This document shows, one piece after another, positions 1 to 7,849 of a stretch of 38,897 nt of DNA. The position numbers were made by a program, and so were the translations under genes. Source of the DNA: an uncultured Actinomycetes bacterium. Lineage in GTDB: Bacteria > Actinomycetota > Thermoleophilia > UBA2241. Every line of letters starts with the position of its first letter. The first letter of the stretch is position 1. The notes beneath the pieces were generated by a model. It did not search any database and was not told the DNA's origin. It was given only the letters and a program-made list of their open reading frames with translations. Location: positions 1 to 38,897 of the forward strand of contig CAVYCN010000015.1 of assembly GCA_963767005.1 (NCBI GenBank), in the 5' to 3' direction.

Positions 1-75
1 GGTGCCCCGGAAGGATTCGAACCTTCGACCTCGCGCTCCGGAGGCGCGCGCTCTGATCCCCTGAGCTACGAGGGC
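1..75 (-). tRNA. tRNA-Arg(CCG)
   Basis: Reverse complement GCCCTCG-TAGCTCAGGGGATCAGAGC-G-CGCGC-CT-CCG-GA-GCGCG-AGGTC-GAAGG-TTCGAAT-CCTTC-CGGGGC-A-CC gives a cloverleaf with anticodon CCG and a canonical T-loop. The 3' acceptor strand is one G short and the CCA runs off the window edge. Confidence 0.92.
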
Positions 76-202
76 GACAGGCCGGTGGTCTAGCGCCTTT
101 CACTCGCCGTCGCCCTGCGGCGGCGAGCCGCGGCCGGGCACCGCCGTGGCACCTCATCGCGCGAGCGGCGGCGGTCCCGGGGCCTTGCCGGTCTCCTCTC
201 CC

Positions 203-489
203 CTACGCCGCGGTGGCGATATGGTCGATCCCCGCCGCGAGCTCGACGTCGCTGCGCGTCCGACCGCCGACGCTGTGTGTCGTAGGGCGATCGTGCACCT
301 TGTTGTAGCGGATGTCGATATCGGGGTGGTGAGCGACGTCCTCGGCCATCTCGGCGATCGCGATCGCGGAGTGGATGGCCCGCGAGAAGTCCTCAGGTGG
401 AAGGTGCGGCTGATCGCCTCGCCCTGCTCCTGCCAGTCGCTCAGGCGCTGGAGCGCCTCGTCGCGCTGCTCCACGGTCAGCTTGCCCAT
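203..489 (-). CDS. Pterin-4-alpha-carbinolamine dehydratase (PCD/PhhB family), frameshifted in this sequence
   Basis: GGAGG RBS then ATG at 489 (MGKLTVEQRDEALQRLSDW...ISRTF). After a frame change near 395 it reads EDFSRAI...AEDVAHHPDIDIRYNKV...TTHSVGG..RSDVELAAGID, with the HHPD and TH motifs of PCD. Confidence 0.85.
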
Positions 490-605
490 GTGTCCTCCGC
501 CCGCTCGCCGTCGCTTCGCGCACACGGATAGCCGCACCGCACGAATTCTCATCGGGTTCGGGCCGGCCCGGGATGATCCGTCAGGATCGGGTGACGACGG
601 ATACG

Positions 606-1629
606 TCAGGATGGGGCCGCCGCGCGACGGCCGGCCCCAGGCCAGTGCCCCGGGCGGGCAGACCTCGGCGCACAGGCGGCGACGGTGCCGGTCGCGGCAC
701 TCCACACTGCGCGTCCGTCTTCGATCGTCAGGGCCACGTGCGGGCAGTAGCGTACACACAGGCCACAGCCGTCGCAGGCGGCGCCGACCGCGAGCGCCGC
801 GAGCGGCAGCGCGACAAGCAGGGTGACGGCGCCGCGGCCTCAGACGGGCGCAGGGCGGCGAGGTCGTGGAGCAGCCGCGCGTGGGCGGCCGGCGGAGGCG
901 CTTGGCGGTGCAGCTCCTCGATGGCGTGCCGTTCCTGGTCGTCGCCTCGGCGACCGTGGAGCGGAGCGGCAGGCCAGGAACGAGAAGAGCTCCTGTCGCG
1001 ACATCGCGGCGCCGTCGGCGGCCGCGCCGCCCGCGTCGCGGTCGTCGCGGCCGGCCACGCCGTCGACCGCCCGGCGCGAGAACGTGGCGCCCGCGCCGAG
1101 CGTGGCGAGCGTCGCCTGAGCGGCCTCGAGCGCGGCGGCGACGCAGGCGCCGGCCGCCGCTTGCGGGCAGTCCGCAGCGTCCGGCGACGAGCTCGACGGC
1201 GGCGTTCCCCAGAACGGCGGCCGCGACCAGGTCGGCCGCGCCGACGCCGCCGAGACACGGCACGGCCACAGCTCGCAACGTCGCTCCAGCGACGGTGTAG
1301 GCCGGCTTAGCCGGCCGGCAGACGAGCGCGACGCCCGCCTGGCCCTCCGCGACGGCGGCCGCAAGGCAGTCGCGCAGCGCCGCGCTTCTGCCGACGAACG
1401 CCAGCGCCCCGGTGCGGCAGACCGCCGCGCAAGCCCCGCACGAGCTGCAGAGGTCGGGCGCGACGGCGAGCCAGTCCACGCAGGTGATCGCCGACCCCGG
1501 GCAGGCGTCGAGGCAGCGACGGCACGAGCTCCCGCGGTACCTCGTCACGACGCAGAGCGACGGGGTCACGTCGGGCAGCCGCGTGTCGAGCGCCCGCAGG
1601 CCGGCGTCGAGGAACGTCAGCCGGTCCAC
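606..1629 (-). CDS. 4Fe-4S polyferredoxin-type accessory protein, multiply frameshifted; 3' end approximate
   Basis: GTG start overlaps the chaperone 3' end. Motifs CRRCLDACP, CSSCGACAAVC and VPCLGG, then in other frames CPQ, CDGCGLCVRYCP and CAEVCPPGAL. Confidence 0.75.
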
Positions 1630-2447
1630 GGCCGATCCTGCCCCTCCCCCGCCACCCGGCGCAGGAGCTCGTAGCCGCGGCCGTCGCGCTCGACGGCGAG
1701 CTGGGCGACGAGCAGGTCGGCCAGGGCCGCGTAGGGCCCCATCGTGGCAGCCACGCGCACGGCGGCGGCGAAGCCGGGCAGCCGCAGCCCGGCGTGCTCG
1801 CCGACGAACCGGTCGAGCAAGCCGTGCAGCCGGTCGGCCTCGGCCGCGTCGCCGGCCGTCCAAGCGCGCTCCTCGCGGCGGCAGAGGTGGTACAGGAACT
1901 CGAGCTCGATGAGCGCGTGATCGGGCAGCTCGCGAGCCCCGTCCGCAAGCGCCACGCCGGCGGCGGCGTAGGCGGCGGCGGCCCAGGCCGCCGCCGCCCC
2001 GTTCAGGCGCGCCGGCCGGCCGGGCTCGGCGTCGAGGTACTGCGACGCGTAGCAGTCGACCGCCGGCCGGCCGGGGCCGGTAAACAGGCGAGCGTGCTCG
2101 GCGGCCAGCTCGGCGAGCTCGGCACACCCGCTCGTCAGGCCGGCCAGCGCCGGCGCGAACGGCGCCGCGTCGGCGCCGAGCCAAGCCACCGCCTCGTCCA
2201 GCGCCGCGACGAGCTCACCGCTCTCGAGGGCGTCGGCCAGGTCGGCCGACGGCTCGCCGAAGCCGAGTGCCAGCGCGTGATACACGGCGGCACGCCGCGC
2301 GCAGGCGTCGGCCAGGCGCGCCAGTACGTCGGTCGGGCACTCCCGTGCGTCGGCCGGGCGCGCGGCGGGCTCGCCTGCCGGCGAGCCCGCCGCGCGCCCC
2401 TCGTCGTCGGGGCCGGCCGGGGGAGGTGTCGGTGCCCCGCCGGCCAC
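1617..2447 (-). CDS. TorD/DmsD-family redox enzyme maturation chaperone
   Basis: EHARLFTGPG, YASQY and ELPDHALIELEFL (the E-x-x-DH signature). GTG lies just after the NrfD stop. Confidence 0.88.
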   Translation of the reverse strand: MAGGAPTPPPAGPDDEGRAAGSPAGEPAARPADARECPTDVLARLADACARRAAVYHALALGFGEPSADLADALESGELVAALDEAVAWLGADAAPFAPALAGLTSGCAELAELAAEHARLFTGPGRPAVDCYASQYLDAEPGRPARLNGAAAAWAAAAYAAAGVALADGARELPDHALIELEFLYHLCRREERAWTAGDAAEADRLHGLLDRFVGEHAGLRLPGFAAAVRVAATMGPYAALADLLVAQLAVERDGRGYELLRRVAGEGQDRPWTG

Positions 2448-2449
2448 GC

Positions 2450-3718
2450 CTAGGAGCGCTCCTTGAGCGGCAGTGACCGGATCGCCAGCGTCAGCACGAG
2501 CGCCGCCAGCGACACGATGCCGATCACGATCAGGAACTCCCAGACCGTCGGGAAGTACACGCTGCTCGCGGCAAACGACGAGCCGCTGCTCTGCGGGATG
2601 CCGAGCGGCGTGCCGGGCGGCAGGCTGATGGGGTCCTTGCCGAGGCCGATCACGATCAGGTTGGCGCGGTGCACGAAGATGCCGATCAGGGCGAGCACGC
2701 AGGCCGTCACGACCACGGCCGGCCGGCGGCGCCAGGCGGCCACCGCGAGCAGCACGAACGGCACGATCAGGCCGACGATGATCTCGACGCCGAAGCCCGG
2801 CCCGTAGCGGCCGCTGAAGAGCTGGTGGACCGCGTCGGTCGGGATGCCGGGGTAGTAACCGGCGAGCACCTCGCAGAGCACGAGGAAGGCCTCGACCGCG
2901 ATGAACACGGCAAGCAGGCCGCCCAGGAAGCTGCCCAGGCCGTCGTCGAACGATACCCGGCCGGCCCGCCGCGCGAGGAACGCGAGGATCGTGACCAGGG
3001 CGAGGCCCGACACGAGCGCCGAGCTGATGAACAGCGGCGGCATGATCGACGAGTACCAGAAGCCGCGCGAGATCTGCAGACCGAAGATCCAGGCGGTGAT
3101 GGAGTGCACGAGCACCGCCGCCGGCAGGGCCAGCCAGGCGAGCCGGTAGGTGATGCGATGGTCGCGCTCGCGACCGTCCGCGCCGGTGTCCTTGGTGCCC
3201 AGCGCGAGCCAGCTCCCGCGCGCCGCCAGGTCGCGCCGCATGTAGAGCCAGCAGTACAGCAGGGACAGCACCAGGTAGATGAGGATCACGGTGATGTCCC
3301 AGATCATCGGCGAGAGCCAGTGCGCGTGGATGAAGAGGTTGTAGAAGCGCTGCACATGGCCGAGGTCGGGGATGATGAGCAGCGCCGCCGTGGCGATCGT
3401 CACCGTCGCCTCGACGACCGCCAGGCGCACGATCGGCGCGAAGCGCTCGACCCCGAACAGGCGGCCGGCCGAGGCCACGATCAGGCCGCCGGCCGACAGG
3501 CCGACGAAGAACATGAACGTGATGATGTACAGGCCCCAGATCACGTTGTCGCGCATGGCGGTGACCTGCAGGCCCCTGGCGAGCTGATAGACCCAGACCG
3601 CGAAGCCGATCACGATCAGCGCGATCAGGACCACGAGCCACAGGGTCAGGGCGCCCGACCGGCGCGGACCGGCCGCGTGCTCCCGGGCGGGCATGCCCTC
3701 TGTCGTCGCGGCGCTCAC
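2450..3718 (-). CDS. NrfD/PsrC-family polysulfide-reductase-type membrane anchor
   Basis: WGLYIITFMFFVGLSAGG, DLGH..RF, SPMIWD and HSITAWIF motifs, about 10 hydrophobic segments. GTG overlaps the Fe-S subunit stop. Confidence 0.92.
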   Translation of the reverse strand: MSAATTEGMPAREHAAGPRRSGALTLWLVVLIALIVIGFAVWVYQLARGLQVTAMRDNVIWGLYIITFMFFVGLSAGGLIVASAGRLFGVERFAPIVRLAVVEATVTIATAALLIIPDLGHVQRFYNLFIHAHWLSPMIWDITVILIYLVLSLLYCWLYMRRDLAARGSWLALGTKDTGADGRERDHRITYRLAWLALPAAVLVHSITAWIFGLQISRGFWYSSIMPPLFISSALVSGLALVTILAFLARRAGRVSFDDGLGSFLGGLLAVFIAVEAFLVLCEVLAGYYPGIPTDAVHQLFSGRYGPGFGVEIIVGLIVPFVLLAVAAWRRRPAVVVTACVLALIGIFVHRANLIVIGLGKDPISLPPGTPLGIPQSSGSSFAASSVYFPTVWEFLIVIGIVSLAALVLTLAIRSLPLKERS

Positions 3719-4419
3719 AGCGCACCTCCCGTGGCGTTCGGGCCTCTGGGCAGCAGGTAGTGCAGGCTCGGCTCGGTGCCGCGCTCGGGGAACACCACAT
3801 ACGACGGCCGGTCGCGCAGCAGGGTCGACACCTCGCTGCTCGGGTCGTCGAAGTCGCCGAAGACACGCGCGCCCGTTGGGCAGGTGACCACGCAGCGCGG
3901 CAGGAGGCCCTTCGTAGTGCGCTGCACGCAGAAGGTGCACTTTTCGACGACGCCTCGCGGGCGGGCGGGCGTCTCGCCCACCACGGCGACGCTGGCCGGC
4001 GGCTCCTGCACCGGCTTGCGCCAGTTGAAGACGCGGTTGTCGTAGGGGCAGGCCACCATGCAGTACCGGCAGCCGATGCAGCGGTCGTAGTTCACATTGA
4101 CGATGCCGTTCGGCATCTTGTAGGTCGCCTGCACCGGGCAGGCCTTCACGCAGGGCGGATTGTCGCAGTGGAAGCAGTTCGTCGACTGGTAGGCCATGGT
4201 GAGCTGCGGGAACTGGCCCTGCGGCGTGTCCATGTACGGACCGCCGACGGTGAGCACCCGCAGCCAGTACAGGCCGAGGCCCACGTCCTGCTGCTCCTTG
4301 CAGGCGACGGCGCAGCTCCAGCAGCCGATGCAGCGTTCCTGGTCGACGACCATGCCGAGGCGCGTGGCCTTGATCAGCTTCGGGTCGGGGACGTCGACGC
4401 CGGGGTAGGTGGTGCTCAT
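3715..4419 (-). CDS. Four-cluster 4Fe-4S electron-transfer subunit (DmsB/PsrB/NrfC type)
   Basis: CIGCWSCAVAC, CFHCDNPPCVKACP, CIGCRYCMVACP and KCTFC...RCVVTCP. Confidence 0.95.
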   Translation of the reverse strand: MSTTYPGVDVPDPKLIKATRLGMVVDQERCIGCWSCAVACKEQQDVGLGLYWLRVLTVGGPYMDTPQGQFPQLTMAYQSTNCFHCDNPPCVKACPVQATYKMPNGIVNVNYDRCIGCRYCMVACPYDNRVFNWRKPVQEPPASVAVVGETPARPRGVVEKCTFCVQRTTKGLLPRCVVTCPTGARVFGDFDDPSSEVSTLLRDRPSYVVFPERGTEPSLHYLLPRGPNATGGAL

Positions 4420-4471
4420 CGCGCGCCCCTTCGCTCGTGCTTGTCTGACAGGGACTCGACGTTCATCGCCG

Positions 4472-7000
4472 TCACGCTCCTTCCACCTGCACGAGGCAGT
4501 CGTAGTAGGCCGCGTTCGACGGGAAGTTCGGGATCACCGACTGGGCCGGGTTGGCGAGCTGGTGCGTCAGGTTGTTCGGGTGCCCCTCGACGTACTGCTG
4601 TACTGCGAGGCTGTCCCAGCCGCCCTGATAGCAGTTCACGACGCCCGGCTTGATCGACTCGGTCAGCTTGGCGTAGACCTTCATCTCGCCGCGGTCGTTG
4701 AAGACCCGCACCACCTGGCCCTCCGTGACGCCGCGCGCCCTGGCGTCGCGCGGGTTGATCTCGAGGAACCCCTGGCCGTTTGCCGTGATCTCGTTCAGCC
4801 AGGCCAGGTCGCAGTACTGCGAGTGCGTGCGGAACTTGGTGTGGGTCGACAGGAACGTGAGCGGGTACTTCTTGGCGAGCGCGTTGCTCGGCGAGGCTTC
4901 GATCGGCTCCTTGTAGTCGCAGACCTCCTGGCCGTAGGGCACGAGCATCTCGACGTAGAACTCGATCTTGCCCGACTTGGTCGGGAACTCCTTGTTGAAG
5001 AACGGCACGTAGGGGATCGTCGGCATGTCGAGGCGCGGCGCGCCGCCCCGCAGGCGGTCCCAGGTGAGGCCGGCCGCCGTCGCGTCGGCCTTCGCCGGGT
5101 CGCCGATGTGCAGCAGCTCGGTGATGTACTCGTCGGGCGTCTTGCCGAAGTACTGGCCGACGCCCATCTTCTGGGCCACCAGCGTGCACGCGTCGAGGTC
5201 GGACTTCGACTCCCAGAGCGGCTCGACCACCTTCGGCATGTACTGCAGGTAGAAGCTGTTCGACGACAGCAGGTCGGTCTTTTCGAGGTACGTGCAGGCC
5301 GGCAGGACGACGTCGGCGAGGTCGGCCGTGGCCGACATCACGTAGTCGGAGACGACCAGGAAGTCGAGCGACTTGAGCGCCTTCACCACCTTGTTGCGGT
5401 CCGACATCTGCTGGGCGAAGTTGTCGACCATGAACCAGGCGGCGCGCAGCGGGTGCGGCTTGCCGGTCAGCATGGCGTCGCAGGCCTGCATGGGCTCCAT
5501 GACGGTGAACAGGGTGGTGCCCTCGGGCGCCCACCAGTCGGGCAGGTCGAAGGCGAGCGTGGTGAGCCCGCCGGCGAAGGTCGTCACGCCGCCGCCGTGC
5601 TCGCCGATGTTGCCGGTGAGCGCCTGCAGGGTGAGCATCGCCTGCATCGTGAGGTCGCCGTAGTACCAGTGCGAGAGGGCAAATCCGGCACGGATGCCGA
5701 CCGGATGGGTCGTGCCCCACAGCTTGCCGAGCGCCTCGATGTCGGCGGCCGGGATGTCGGTGATCCCGGCGGCGTAGTCGGGCGTGTACTTGGCCATGGC
5801 GTCGGCCAGCACCTGCATGGCCGTCGGCGCCTGCAGGGCGCCGGCCTTGTGCGTGCCGAGGAGCTGGGACGCCTTGGCGCCGGTCGCCGCGGCCGGCGCG
5901 CCACCCGCCGTGACGACCACGTAGTCGTCGCCGGGAAGGCCTACGTCGCCGGTGCGCAGCCACTTCTTTGTCTTGGGGTTCACGAGGTACGGCGCGACCG
6001 TGTACTTCTGCAGGTAGGCCGTGTCGTAGAGCTTATGCTGGATCACGTAGTTGATGAGCGCGTCGATCAGGGCGGTGTCGGTGCCGGGCCGCACCGGTAA
6101 CCAGGCGTCGGAGCCCGCCGACGTGGCGGTGAAGCGCGGATCGATGCTCACGAGCGTGGCCCCCTGGGCCTGGGCGTCCTTCATGACGCGCCAGTCGGGG
6201 ATCGACGTCTCGGCCACGTTGTTGCCCCAGAGCACGATCACCTTCGAGCTCAGGAAGTCGACCGACTCGTGGCCGTCGAAGAAGCCGCCGCCGTTGCTCG
6301 GGTTGGCGGGGTCGACCAGCACGTAGTTCCAGCCGGCCGGCGTGGCGCTGTCGCCCTCGTTGTCGCCCTCGAAGTCGCCGGCCACGGCGCCGATCGCGCT
6401 GGCAAAGCGAAAGCCGACCCCGACGACGCCCTCGAGCACGGCGAGCGAGCCGGTGTAGGGCGCGACCCAGACCGAGTCCTTGCCGTTCGCGGCCTGCACG
6501 TTCTTGAAGTTGTCGGCGATCAGCGTGGTCGCTTCGTCCCAGCTGATGCGCTGCCACTTGCCCGAGCCGCGCTCACCGACCCGCTTGTACGGGTACTTGA
6601 CGCGGTCGCCGCTGTAGAGGTTCTCGAGCTGCGACACGCCGCGCAGGCAGATGCGCGGCGGGTAGGCCTGGGGGATCGTCGTGCCGGCGATCGTGGTCGT
6701 GTCGTAGGGCCCGCCCTCGATCAGCTTGACCTTGCCGTCGGCGACGTGGATCAGGTGACCGCAGGCGCCGTCGCAGTTGTTCGAGTGACCGGTGCGGACG
6801 AGCTGCTCGGCGACGGCCGGCGCGGCGGCCTCGGCCGGCTGCAGGCCGCCGAGGAACGTGTCGTCGGCGAGCTTGCCGCCCGCCGCCGCGGCGCCGGCCA
6901 CGACGGCGCTGCCGATCAGGAACTTGCGGCGGGTGAACCGCCAACCGGCTGCGCCTTCGCCCCCCGGTCGGCCGTCGGTCGTACCTGCGTCGTCGGTCAT
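4472..7000 (-). CDS. Tat-exported DMSO-reductase-family molybdopterin oxidoreductase catalytic subunit, substrate unknown (842 aa)
   Basis: GAGGAGG RBS then ATG at 7000. Twin-arginine motif FTRRKFL, FS0 motif HSNNCDGAC...ICLRG, WQRISWDEA, RPGTDTAL, ADVVLPA..LEK and HTKFRTHSQ...EINPRDA. Confidence 0.95.
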   Translation of the reverse strand: MTDDAGTTDGRPGGEGAAGWRFTRRKFLIGSAVVAGAAAAGGKLADDTFLGGLQPAEAAAPAVAEQLVRTGHSNNCDGACGHLIHVADGKVKLIEGGPYDTTTIAGTTIPQAYPPRICLRGVSQLENLYSGDRVKYPYKRVGERGSGKWQRISWDEATTLIADNFKNVQAANGKDSVWVAPYTGSLAVLEGVVGVGFRFASAIGAVAGDFEGDNEGDSATPAGWNYVLVDPANPSNGGGFFDGHESVDFLSSKVIVLWGNNVAETSIPDWRVMKDAQAQGATLVSIDPRFTATSAGSDAWLPVRPGTDTALIDALINYVIQHKLYDTAYLQKYTVAPYLVNPKTKKWLRTGDVGLPGDDYVVVTAGGAPAAATGAKASQLLGTHKAGALQAPTAMQVLADAMAKYTPDYAAGITDIPAADIEALGKLWGTTHPVGIRAGFALSHWYYGDLTMQAMLTLQALTGNIGEHGGGVTTFAGGLTTLAFDLPDWWAPEGTTLFTVMEPMQACDAMLTGKPHPLRAAWFMVDNFAQQMSDRNKVVKALKSLDFLVVSDYVMSATADLADVVLPACTYLEKTDLLSSNSFYLQYMPKVVEPLWESKSDLDACTLVAQKMGVGQYFGKTPDEYITELLHIGDPAKADATAAGLTWDRLRGGAPRLDMPTIPYVPFFNKEFPTKSGKIEFYVEMLVPYGQEVCDYKEPIEASPSNALAKKYPLTFLSTHTKFRTHSQYCDLAWLNEITANGQGFLEINPRDARARGVTEGQVVRVFNDRGEMKVYAKLTESIKPGVVNCYQGGWDSLAVQQYVEGHPNNLTHQLANPAQSVIPNFPSNAAYYDCLVQVEGA

Positions 7001-7069
7001 ACGTCGCCTCCTCGCGCCGTGCCCAACACCAGACCCGGCCGGCGTCACGTGTCGCCGGCCACCTCGGGT

Positions 7070-7230
7070 CCTGGCACCTTTCCGAGCACGAGGAGGCCCG
7101 CCCGTTTCCGGGCTGACCCACGGCGGCTGCACTTCACGCTGAAGGGCTGCCGCCCCGCGGTCTTTCCGCGGTACGGCCGGCCGTCCATAACGGCGACGCC
7201 GCCCCAGGACGGCCGGCTCGGAGCCGGACC
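7070..7230 (-). ncRNA. Moco (molybdenum cofactor) riboswitch-like RNA motif
   Basis: Minus strand reads CTCCGA-GCCGGCCGTCC-TGGG...TAT-GGACGGCCGGC (11-bp P2 with a receptor-like CCUGGG/UAUGG), then insert hairpins, then GGGTCA-GCCCG-GAAA-CGGGC-GGGCCTCCTCGTGCTC-GGAAAGG. These landmarks match the MOCO RNA motif as I recall it, and the element lies upstream of a molybdoenzyme. Confidence 0.8.
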
Positions 7231-7243
7231 TTGATTCGGTCCG

Positions 7244-7271
7244 ATGCTAGCAGGAGCGAACGGTCTGACAA
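7244..7271 (-). promoter_or_regulatory. Putative sigma70-type promoter of the molybdoenzyme operon
   Basis: TTGTCA-N16-TAGCAT with an extended TG. The predicted start near 7237 lies just 5' of the riboswitch-like motif. Confidence 0.55.
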
Positions 7272-7286
7272 GGCTAGCGGAGGCAG

Positions 7287-7304
7287 CCTTGACTAGAGTC
7301 AAGG
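7287..7304. promoter_or_regulatory. FNR/CRP-family-like palindromic site
   Basis: Perfect CCTTGAC-TAGA-GTCAAGG (TTGAC-N4-GTCAA; FNR consensus is TTGAT-N4-ATCAA), centred about 58 nt upstream of the predicted transcription start. Confidence 0.55.
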
Positions 7305-7360
7305 ATGCCGGGCCGGCGCGTCCGCCCCGAAGTGGGACGGAGCGATGCCGCGCGGTGCCG

Positions 7361-7837
7361 TTAGCGGTCGTCGTCGGGACGGCGCAGGGCGCGTTCGATG
7401 TCGCGCTGGGCGTCGCGGCTGGCGAGGTCGGCGCGCTTGTCGTACTGGCGCTTGCCACGGGCCAGGCCGATCTCGACCTTCACGCGGCTGCCGCGAAAGT
7501 ACAGGCGGGTCGGCACGAGCGTGTAGCCGCGCTCCTTGATCTTCTGCTCCAGACGGACGATCTCGCGGCCGTGCAGCAGCAGCTTGCGGGGCCGCAATGG
7601 ATCGTGGTTCCAGACGTTGCCCTGCTCGTAGGGGCTGATGTGCGTGCCGACCAGGTAGAGCTCGCCGGCGCGCAGCTCGGCGTAGCTGTCGCGCAGGTTC
7701 ACGCGGCCCTCGCGCAGCGACTTGACCTCGGTGCCGACCAGGGCGATGCCGGCCTCGATCTTCTCCTCGATGAAGAAGTCGTGAAAGGCCTTGCGGTTGG
7801 CCGAGATCGGCCGTATGTCGTCGGGCGATGCTTTCAT
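7361..7837 (-). CDS. smpB: SsrA-binding protein SmpB
   Basis: NRKAFHDF, EAGIALVGTEVKSLR, RPRKLLLH and GLARGKRQYDKR. Confidence 0.98.
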   Translation of the reverse strand: MKASPDDIRPISANRKAFHDFFIEEKIEAGIALVGTEVKSLREGRVNLRDSYAELRAGELYLVGTHISPYEQGNVWNHDPLRPRKLLLHGREIVRLEQKIKERGYTLVPTRLYFRGSRVKVEIGLARGKRQYDKRADLASRDAQRDIERALRRPDDDR

Positions 7838-7849
7838 GTCCGCTTCAAC

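Noticed and set aside
154-2184. 676-aa ORF containing Fe-S motifs and part of PCD, resembling a fusion
   Set aside because: A chimera of an off-frame chaperone region, the polyferredoxin and the PCD N-terminus produced by indels. PCD has its own RBS and ATG.
7001-7132. N-terminal extension of the catalytic subunit in the ORF track
   Set aside because: It runs through the riboswitch-like RNA. The GAGGAGG-ATG at 7000 puts the Tat motif at a normal position.
7001-7360. Possible tmRNA (ssrA) downstream of smpB
   Set aside because: No tRNA-like ends (GGGG..., TTCGA..CCACCA) or tag frame. The region is explained by the promoter and Moco motif.
1-7360. Molybdoenzyme operon as an island integrated at tRNA-Arg
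   Set aside because: The operon lies 5' of the tRNA, there is no integrase or duplicated tRNA 3' end, and composition matches the host.
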